Sequence record: MW272540.1
DNA: 64,000 nt
Reading direction: 5' to 3' (one strand)
Shown: positions 19,181 to 25,718 of the stretch, in pieces
Layout: each line of letters begins with the position of its first letter
How positions within the stretch are numbered: position 1 is the first letter of the stretch
The notes under the pieces: generated by a model
The model's database searches: none
What the model saw: the letters and a program-made list of their open reading frames with translations, nothing else
Told to the model about the DNA's origin: nothing
Made by a program: the position numbers and the translations under genes

Positions 19181-19273
19181 GCGCGAGTGGCGAAGTTGGT
19201 TGAAACGCATCGGACTTAAAATCCGATACTGCATAATGGCACACCGTGGGTTCGATTCCCACCTCGCGTACCA
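19181..19273 (+). tRNA. tRNA-Leu(UAA)
   Basis: tcgga-ct TAA aa-tccga, long variable arm, CCA. Confidence 0.95.
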
Positions 19274-19280
19274 TAATTAA

Positions 19281-19400
19281 ATGGTTCTGCCCTTACTAAT
19301 TTAGAGCGAGATAAGCCCTCGCAGATGGTGATGGTAATCCGCAAGAAGACCATAAACAAAGGCTAATTGGTGAGAACCACCAGTGGGGGTCGCGACAGAA
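19281..19400 (+). ncRNA. Candidate small structured RNA
   Basis: atggt/accat closing stem, gcgag/ctcgc and tggtg/cacca hairpins, no ORF. Confidence 0.4.
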
Positions 19401-19433
19401 TCATTTAATTATGGATTATTTTGGAATTTTATT

Positions 19434-19775
19434 ATGAATAAATTACAACGGGAAATTTATCAAAAAGATGTTTCGTTTCTTGTAAGAAAAGGTTTGACAA
19501 TTCAACAAGCATCTCTTGTTGTAAAACAAACAAAACCTGAATATGATATGCAAGAAAATATCTATCGGTATTTTAACAAAGACAACAAGGAAACTTATGT
19601 GATCCAACGTTTGGGTAAATGTTGTGGTCCATGGCTGAGTGTAAGTTGTCGAAAACTCAACAAAAAAGGTTTTATTAAGTTTGATTTTTCTGATATAATC
19701 TATGTTGAGTATATGGGTATGAAAGTTGAGGCTCATAGAGTCATTTTTGAGAGTGTACCAAATGTTATCGTTTAA
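19434..19775 (+). CDS. Hypothetical protein
   Basis: ORF starting MNKLQREIYQ. Confidence 0.7.
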   Translation: MNKLQREIYQKDVSFLVRKGLTIQQASLVVKQTKPEYDMQENIYRYFNKDNKETYVIQRLGKCCGPWLSVSCRKLNKKGFIKFDFSDIIYVEYMGMKVEAHRVIFESVPNVIV

Positions 19776-19926
19776 AGAATATATTTCTTTGGAAGAAAAG
19801 ATTGAACATAGAAATGGAAAATGGTATGTTATGGATTCTACTGGTTCTAAGGAATTGGGTGAACATGACTCCAAAGAAAAAGCCGTTGCTCAACTTCAAG
19901 CCATAGAAATAAACAAACATAAATAA
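19762..19926 (+). CDS. Small internal-head-protein-like protein
   Basis: 54 aa; N-terminus MLSFKEYISLEE resembles the T4 IP capsid-targeting sequence. Confidence 0.6.
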   Translation: MLSFKEYISLEEKIEHRNGKWYVMDSTGSKELGEHDSKEKAVAQLQAIEINKHK

Positions 19927-19979
19927 TTCACTCCCCTAAATATTTGTGTTATAATAGAAAATATAAAATCCTCTTTGGC

Positions 19980-20056
19980 GGTTCGTTAGCTCAGTTGGTT
20001 AGAGCGCCCGCCTGTTAAGTGGAAGGTCGTGGGTTCAAGTCCCACACGAACCGCCA
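19980..20056 (+). tRNA. tRNA-Asn(GUU)
   Basis: Cloverleaf; ct GTT aa loop; CCA. Confidence 0.92.
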
Positions 20057-20070
20057 AAGAGGATTTTAAT

Positions 20071-20208
20071 CGCTTGTTGAACGTGGGAAAATAGCAAAAT
20101 CAGGGAAAGTTGTGCACGACGGAACCTTAAAGTAGCTTTCTAAGTACCTGTTGTCTGGCAGTTCACACATACGTATATTTGTGATGGGTTCGAGACCCTA
20201 ACAAGCGT
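20071..20208 (+). ncRNA. tRNA-like RNA with a large internal domain
   Basis: Acceptor-like cgcttgt/acaagcg, T-loop GGGTTCGAGACCC, ~90-nt nested insert. Confidence 0.6.
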
Positions 20209-20217
20209 CCTAATTAT

Positions 20218-20296
20218 GGAGACTTTGGTGTATGGCGCACGGTACGTTATAAACACCGCGTACAAGAAACTCCCGTTCGAATCGGTAGGGTCTCCC
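20218..20296 (+). pseudogene. Degenerate tRNA-like element
   Basis: ggagact/ggtctcc acceptor, ccg-TTCGAAT-cgg T arm, irregular anticodon arm. Confidence 0.55.
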
Positions 20297-20333
20297 CTAA
20301 ATTTTATAATCTTAATTAAAAGAGGTTGTCTAT

Positions 20334-20651
20334 GTCGTCGCTAAACGCAAGCCACTTGGGCGGAAAGGAAAAAATTCGGTTTATGTAAGTGGATACACCA
20401 CTGATAATAAACCAGTAGTGTGTAACGTGTTTTATCAATCCGAAACAAACGGAATACCGCTTGATATTCTTATTGAGACTCTGTATAATTCGGGATATAT
20501 CATTGATTGGATCACATTCATTAATGATGCTCTAAAAGTTGGGTGGAAGAAAGAAACCATCTTCAAGAAGATAAAATACGCTTTCGATGATATCGATATA
20601 GAAAACAAAGAAAAGACTCTAGATAAAATATCTACCTATCTAGACCTATGA
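20334..20651 (+). CDS. AlaRS-fragment-like protein; start ambiguous or frameshifted
   Basis: VFYQSETNGIPLDIL...GYIIDWITF resembles AlaRS [14 protein letters not shown]...VDEAGF; SD-preceded ATG 20332 is out of frame. Confidence 0.55.
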   Translation, partial: VVAKRKPLGRKGKNSVYVSGYTTDNKPVVCNVFYQSETNGIPLDILIETLYNSGYIIDWITFINDALKVGWKKETIFKKIKYAFDDIDIENKEKTLDKISTYLDL

Positions 20652-20663
20652 GTTGTCATAGGT

Positions 20664-20738
20664 GTGACCATAGTAGTAATCGATAGCTATCCGGATTGTG
20701 ACTCCGGGGGTACGGGTTTGAGTCCCGTTGGTCACCCC
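20664..20738 (+). tRNA. tRNA-His(GUG)
   Basis: ccgga-tt GTG ac-tccgg, C discriminator; T at -1, CCT at the 3' end. Confidence 0.9.
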
Positions 20739-20758
20739 TATGACAATTTAAAACACTT

Positions 20759-20844
20759 GGGTGTGTAATCGGTAACTGGTAGCCGTGCGGTCTGTAAAAC
20801 CGTTCCCTCTGGGACTGATGGTTCGAGTCCATCCATACCCACCA
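20759..20844 (+). tRNA. tRNA-Tyr(GUA)
   Basis: ct GTA aa loop, long variable arm, CCA. Confidence 0.95.
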
Positions 20845-20845
20845 C

Positions 20846-20921
20846 GCTGAATTAGCTCATCTGGTAGAGCGACGGTTTTGTAATCCGTAGGTGGTCCGTT
20901 CGAGTCGGACATTCAGCACCA
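20846..20921 (+). tRNA. tRNA-Thr(UGU)
   Basis: gctgaat/attcagc acceptor; tt TGT aa loop; CCA. Confidence 0.92.
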
Positions 20922-20931
20922 AATTTATTTT

Positions 20932-21010
20932 GGGCCTATAGCACAATTGGTTAGTTGCAATCAGCTCATAACTGATAGGTTCCCGGTTCGAGTCTCGGGT
21001 AGGCCCACCA
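20932..21010 (+). tRNA. tRNA(CAU), Ile2 or elongator Met
   Basis: atcag-ct CAT aa-ctgat; CCA; bulged T stem. Confidence 0.88.
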
Positions 21011-21133
21011 GATTAAAAAGCTGTTATGAGTCCCACAGCTTTCAAAATTATCAAATGGGATGTTGATGCGCGTATGTAGCCGGGTTATAATGACCAAGAT
21101 TCATGAAGGGTAAAAGACTACCCTAAATATTAT

Positions 21134-21211
21134 TGCGGGATGGAGAAGTTAGGAGTTCTCGTCGGGCTCATTACCCGAAGATCGGTGGTTCAAATCCACC
21201 TCCCGCTTCCA
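21134..21211 (+). tRNA. Initiator tRNA-fMet(CAU)
   Basis: 1:72 mismatch, three G-C pairs in tcggg-ct CAT ta-cccga, CCA. Confidence 0.92.
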
Positions 21212-21215
21212 AATT

Positions 21216-21288
21216 CGGTGTGTAACTCAGTCGGTTAGAGGACGGGTAACCTGCCCGTTGGTCGCGGGTTCGAGTCCCGTCACACCAA
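21216..21288 (+). pseudogene. tRNA with a remodelled anticodon loop (taACCtg)
   Basis: D and T arms tRNA-like, acggg/cccgt stem, loop lacks U33 and purine 37, no CCA. Confidence 0.65.
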
Positions 21289-21312
21289 ATAGTTTCATAT
21301 AGTTAGGATTTT

Positions 21313-21672
21313 ATGAGAACGTGTACACGATGTAAATTATCAAAACCGTTATCGGAATTTTATAAAAGATCTGGGTTGCGTAGCTCTGAATACTATACAT
21401 GTTGTAAAATATGTCATAGTGCCGCCAACTCGATTAAATTTAATGGATTTAAAGATAAATGTCTTGAATATAAAGGATATTCTTGTTCTAAATGTGGATA
21501 TTCTAAATGTAAGGCGGCTCTTGAGTTTCACCACGTAGACCCTAGACATAAAGATTTTCAAATCTCAAGAAGATTTACCATGAAATGGGAAAACGTCATG
21601 AAGGAATTGGACAAATGTATAGTTGTATGTGCAAATTGTCATAGAGAAATTCATGAAGTTTTAGATGTGTAG
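21313..21672 (+). CDS. Free-standing HNH endonuclease with Zn fingers
   Basis: CTRC..CKIC, CSKCG...LEFHHVDP...CIVVCANCHREIH. Confidence 0.92.
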   Translation: MRTCTRCKLSKPLSEFYKRSGLRSSEYYTCCKICHSAANSIKFNGFKDKCLEYKGYSCSKCGYSKCKAALEFHHVDPRHKDFQISRRFTMKWENVMKELDKCIVVCANCHREIHEVLDV

Positions 21673-21697
21673 GAAAATGGTTAAGAAAACCAAAATT

Positions 21698-21774
21698 GGG
21701 GGATTAGCTCAGTTGGAATGAGCGACTGGTTTGCAACCAGTAGGTCATCGGTTCGAGCCCGATATCCTCCACCA
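21698..21774 (+). tRNA. tRNA-Ala(UGC)
   Basis: G3:U70 pair, actgg-tt TGC aa-ccagt, CCA. Confidence 0.96.
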
Positions 21775-21778
21775 AATC

Positions 21779-21854
21779 GCGGGTAAGGTGTTTATGGATA
21801 CATGTTAGCCTTCCAAGCTTAAGTAGACCGGATCGTTACCGGCTACCCGCTCCA
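21779..21854 (+). tRNA. tRNA-Gly(UCC)
   Basis: gcgggta/tacccgc acceptor, ct TCC aa loop, U discriminator, CCA. Confidence 0.92.
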
Positions 21855-21873
21855 AATCCATGAGGAAAATATT

Positions 21874-22287
21874 ATGAGTGCTCCCAGTCGTGCGATCTTT
21901 TATCTAGATGGTATACGAGTAAATCACTGTTTCATTAATTGTGGTTGGTTTGAAGATTACGTGACCACCTTGGAACAGATAATCGAATTTGTTGAATCTG
22001 ATAAGTTTGAATTCGATGCTGTTGTTGCATATGGTCGAACTTTCTCTTCCGATCTTAATTATGAATTGACTCTACAGATTGAGTCTGATAAGCTTAAACA
22101 AGAAAAGATGAGAGAAAAATTTAATGGTGTACAAAAGCCACAACCTTTAGATATAAACCAAGTGATTTGTGATCTAGTAAAACGAAATCGTGGTAAAATC
22201 GCAAATGATATTGCATCTGAAATATGTGGTGTTCAACCGATGACTGGTTGTAGCGATGCGGTAAAATATCTAGCTTCTATTAAATAA
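21874..22287 (+). CDS. Hypothetical protein
   Basis: ORF with SD gagga. Confidence 0.8.
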   Translation: MSAPSRAIFYLDGIRVNHCFINCGWFEDYVTTLEQIIEFVESDKFEFDAVVAYGRTFSSDLNYELTLQIESDKLKQEKMREKFNGVQKPQPLDINQVICDLVKRNRGKIANDIASEICGVQPMTGCSDAVKYLASIK

Positions 22288-22295
22288 GGCATAGG

Positions 22296-22489
22296 GCTCT
22301 AGATTCCTAGTCAGTTTCGCACCCCTAGTTGCTGCATATACCCCGACTTTTCCGTGACTGGTGTAAAAAGGTTTGGGTAAACGTATTAAAGAAATCAGGA
22401 GACGTCCTGTGAAATCCTCGGACAGAACTTTGGTAGCCCCTCCCACCTTTGGTGTGGTGATGCGAAGAGTATAGACGGGGTATGAATTT
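22296..22489 (+). ncRNA. Candidate structured RNA (module A)
   Basis: ataccccg (22338-45) / cggggtat (22476-83) closing stem; shares motifs with 22570-23430. Confidence 0.55.
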
Positions 22490-22568
22490 CCGCGTGTAGG
22501 CTAGTCAGGTCGAGGTCGTCTGGTTTGGGACCAGAAAGTCGAAGGTTCAAATCCTTCCACGCGGACCA
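22490..22568 (+). tRNA. tRNA-Pro(UGG)
   Basis: tctgg-tt TGG ga-ccaga, CCA. Confidence 0.95.
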
Positions 22569-22569
22569 A

Positions 22570-23430
22570 TTAAGCACAAAGAACGGGATAACGGCGTATG
22601 TCCCCGGAAGAAGCCAGATAAATCTGGATATCCTGTAATGTGCCTTGAATTACAGGTGGGATTGGTAGTATAAAGACGATATGGTAACTACCCATTGACT
22701 AGCAGTGAGAAACTAGAGGTTACAGTCCTTAACCAAACTACGAACAGGTGGACCGAGATTCTATAGAGTGAGTAACCGGTTGCAAACGGACTCATAAAGT
22801 CGTCAAACCTTAGTACCCTCTCCCGAAAATATCGGTGATGCGACTAAAATGAAGGCGCAAATTGAGAATTTATTTTCACAAAGCTATTGCTTCTGGATTT
22901 AAATTCTCAGATACTCTTAAACATATGAACCAAGAGTATCTGAGAATTTAAGTTTAAAAAGAACTTCCTTCGGGAATGGGGTACATAGACGGGGCGCACC
23001 CCATTGTACCGACGCTTTAAGTAGCCAGTGCGAGAGACTAAAAAGCTGACCCTACCCTCTCCCAGTAATGGTGATGGAGCTTCCTTTCCTGTAATAAGGT
23101 TCCAGTCCGTGACGGGTAAAAGGTTACATAAGGAGACTGCTTGTGAATGACCACTGATTCAAGCCATCACATAAGCGCGTCCATCATGACGATAAAAGGG
23201 TAAGAGAGCAAAGTGAATTCTTGCCGTCAATCTATAGACGTTAAATGTAGACTGGTAAGTCCATCTTATGATGTGATAACGAGGCTTAGATTCCCGTAAG
23301 GGCCTAAGCGTAAAAGTAACGAGCAAGACCTTCTTGTAGGCTTAACTCATTGGGGTGTTTGAGGTTTACATGTGTGGGCTCGGGTAGCCAATGCTATTAA
23401 GTCTGGTGGTGGTGCGACCAGATCGTTTCT
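22570..23430 (+). ncRNA. Candidate large structured ncRNA (GOLLD/ROOL-sized or novel)
   Basis: 860 nt between two tRNAs with no ORF in the track; dense short hairpins with GNRA/UUCG loops; repeated module. Confidence 0.65.
22899..22951. repeat. Perfect 20-bp inverted repeat
   Basis: ttaaattctcagatactctt - 13 nt - aagagtatctgagaatttaa. Confidence 0.95.
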
Positions 23431-23504
23431 AGGGTGTTAGTATAGCGGTATTATGCCGGATTCCAAATCCGTGCGACTGGGGTTCGAATCCTCAACACCC
23501 TGCC
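23431..23504 (+). tRNA. tRNA-Trp(CCA)
   Basis: tt CCA aa loop, agggtgt/acaccct acceptor; abuts tRNA-Ile. Confidence 0.9.
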
Positions 23505-23580
23505 GGTGAATTAGCTCAGTAGGTAGAGCAAACGACCGATAATCGTTTGGTCGCTGGTTCGAGTCCAGCATTCACCACCA
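23505..23580 (+). tRNA. tRNA-Ile(GAU)
   Basis: aacga-cc GAT aa-tcgtt, CCA. Confidence 0.95.
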
Positions 23581-23586
23581 AATTCA

Positions 23587-23674
23587 GGAGAAGTGGATGA
23601 GCGGTTTAAATCGCTCCCCTGCTAAGGGAGTAAACCGAAAGGTTTCGAGAGTTCGAATCTCTCTTTCTCCGCCA
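23587..23674 (+). tRNA. tRNA-Ser(GCU)
   Basis: ctccc-ct GCT aa-gggag, long variable arm, CCA. Confidence 0.95.
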
Positions 23675-23680
23675 AATATA

Positions 23681-23757
23681 GAGGATGTAGTAGAGTTGGT
23701 TAATATCCCAGCCTGTCACGTTGGAGATCGCGGGTTCGAGTCCCGTCATCCTCGCCA
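23681..23757 (+). tRNA. tRNA-Asp(GUC)
   Basis: ccagc-ct GTC ac-gttgg, CCA. Confidence 0.95.
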
Positions 23758-23813
23758 AATTAGGCCCATCTCAGCCTTTAATGAGACGTAGAAACTAACC
23801 AAAAGGAAATGAT

Positions 23814-24065
23814 ATGAGTCGAACAATTCGCCGTCGTAGTTTTTCAAAGGCACTTGCGGAAATCTGGGATCATGTTGTAATTACAAGAGAACAGAAATTG
23901 AGAAAGACAAAAACATTGGATAGTGAAGCAAAGGACCGTCAAAATCAAATTCGTCGTTCAGAAACGGTTCGCCTGAAGAAAGATATCATGGAAGGAAAAG
24001 AAGTGTTTCCAGCCAATGATAAATATTCGAAGGTAAAGGTTAACTCTGGTTATCAATATTGTTGA
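23814..24065 (+). CDS. Small basic hypothetical protein
   Basis: MSRTIRRR..., SD aagga. Confidence 0.75.
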   Translation: MSRTIRRRSFSKALAEIWDHVVITREQKLRKTKTLDSEAKDRQNQIRRSETVRLKKDIMEGKEVFPANDKYSKVKVNSGYQYC

Positions 24066-24074
24066 GGTTTTTAT

Positions 24075-24337
24075 GTTCCGTGAGGAAGATTGGTTTTAAG
24101 TGTATAGTCCCGCATAAAACGGGACAACGGCGTCAAACTTTAACGAGCCGAGGGGAAAGGTGATCCCCTGTTAAAGTCACTAGACGAAAAGAATCCATAT
24201 AGACCCCATCATATGGATCCGTTTATAGGGGATGGAATGACCCACCATTTATATAAGGGTTGGCGTCCGACACCAAGGGCGTCTTTTTGGAAAAAGGGCA
24301 TACGTTACCATTTGGCTGTGGGCGTATGCCCTTTTTC
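24075..24337 (+). ncRNA. Candidate structured RNA ending in a 15-bp terminator-like hairpin
   Basis: Four or more consecutive hairpins, no ORF. Confidence 0.5.
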
Positions 24338-24485
24338 TATCCCTAAATATATTTGTAGAGATAATATCGAATCGACTCACCCCAAAATATGACAGTGAAG
24401 TATTCTTGATTATCTTTTTATAATAATAAAAACGTGTATACCATTTGGGCTAGGGAACTAGCCCTTTATTGATTTGGAGATATTT

Positions 24486-24695
24486 ATGGCTAAAAGTATT
24501 CACGAAAAGTCTCATGCTAGAGAAGGTCGTGGTGGCGCTAATACCGGTAATGAAAAATGGTATAAATCGCCGTTGTGGGATAAAGTTGAAGCAAAACAAA
24601 TCCCTCTGGATGCAAAACCGGATGCTCTTTTTAAAGAGAAAGAAGGTGAAGATATTAAAGAAAAGCAAAAGCGGGCCTTTATGTTTGCTTATTAA
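24486..24695 (+). CDS. Hypothetical protein
   Basis: ORF with SD ggag. Confidence 0.7.
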   Translation: MAKSIHEKSHAREGRGGANTGNEKWYKSPLWDKVEAKQIPLDAKPDALFKEKEGEDIKEKQKRAFMFAY

Positions 24696-24710
24696 AAAGG
24701 AAAATAAGAT

Positions 24711-25247
24711 ATGTTAGTATCGAAATTAGATCTTTGTAGAGATCTTTATGATCAAGTTTGTAAAATGGCATTGTGTATTCATTCTGATATAAAGGACGAC
24801 CAAAATAGATTGGTCTTACCCCCAGTTGAATATCAACAAGAATTTGCGTGTTTGTCTATTGATTTAGGACGACAGACTGGAAAAACAACTTTTATCGTTG
24901 AGTCACTTTTAAAAAATCCAAATTCCATTGCTATAGTAAATAAAGAGATTTGGGTTAGAGAATATGAACATATAGAACCGAGTTTGAAGGGTCGTGTATT
25001 CAGTCCATCTGGATTTATTAATAAGTTTTATTCTCGCGGATCTACTGAACATGTTGTTTTTGGTAGGAATATACCAAAACATGACATTGTGTTTTTAGAT
25101 GAGCCATATTTCTTTTGTACACAAGGTCAAATGAATTACACAAATCGGGAGCACTGTACGTATCCGTCCAAAATGTCCCTAAAATCTCTAATTTTATATG
25201 CATCATACCAGTTTGGTGCAGTTAACGTAATGGTTGGAATGAAATGA
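24711..25247 (+). CDS. Small P-loop NTPase-like protein
   Basis: GRQTGKTT Walker A and IVFLDEP Walker B. Confidence 0.7.
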   Translation: MLVSKLDLCRDLYDQVCKMALCIHSDIKDDQNRLVLPPVEYQQEFACLSIDLGRQTGKTTFIVESLLKNPNSIAIVNKEIWVREYEHIEPSLKGRVFSPSGFINKFYSRGSTEHVVFGRNIPKHDIVFLDEPYFFCTQGQMNYTNREHCTYPSKMSLKSLILYASYQFGAVNVMVGMK

Positions 25248-25645
25248 AATTAATAATGAAGTATGATATGAAACGGATCTCGGATAAAGTATCGAAATTC
25301 GTTACATTGGGTTTGGTATCAGTTGCTCGAATCCATTATCTACATCTTACTACAAATAGTTACCCTAGACACATGGCTCTGGACGAGTTCTATAAAGAGT
25401 TCCCAGATGGTTACTTAGATAGGGTCGCTGAGAGTGCTTTAGCAAACACTCTAACCCTAACCTATACCGAACCTCAACTATCCAATATGGATGCGTTAGA
25501 AGTGCTTCAGGGGCTGTATAATGAAGGGGTTGAACTTCTGGAACTACTGGAAGGTAAGAGGGAATTCAAAGGTACGGTGAATTGTATTGAGGATTCTTTA
25601 GAATTCATTAAACTTGTGATATACAAAGTGAAAAGATTCAACTAA
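25244..25645 (+). CDS. Ferritin/Dps-like four-helix protein
   Basis: HYLHL.T.SYPRHMALDEFY...LDRVAE pattern of phage Dps-like proteins. Confidence 0.65.
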   Translation: MKLIMKYDMKRISDKVSKFVTLGLVSVARIHYLHLTTNSYPRHMALDEFYKEFPDGYLDRVAESALANTLTLTYTEPQLSNMDALEVLQGLYNEGVELLELLEGKREFKGTVNCIEDSLEFIKLVIYKVKRFN

Positions 25646-25669
25646 AAAGGCTCCTTCGGGAGCCTTTTT
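25644..25669 (+). terminator. Intrinsic terminator
   Basis: aaaaaggctcc-TTCG-ggagccttttt. Confidence 0.9.
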
Positions 25670-25718
25670 GTTTTCCCTAAATACCAAGAGGTATAAATTT
25701 AATTTAAGGAAACTAAAA

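Noticed and set aside
19327-19375. Resemblance to a fluoride riboswitch (GGTGATGG...ACCATAAAC...GCTAAT)
   Set aside because: The pseudoknot complement to the loop is missing and no crcB-like gene follows.
22976-23430. Possible tmRNA or RNase P RNA
   Set aside because: No tmRNA acceptor/T-arm ends or tag frame, and no GAGGAAAGTCC-type RNase P core seen.
23025-24112. Group I intron R-like (GAGAGACTA) and S-like (AAGTGTATAGTCC) strings
   Set aside because: They are separated by four intact tRNAs and an ORF, and no interrupted host gene is evident.
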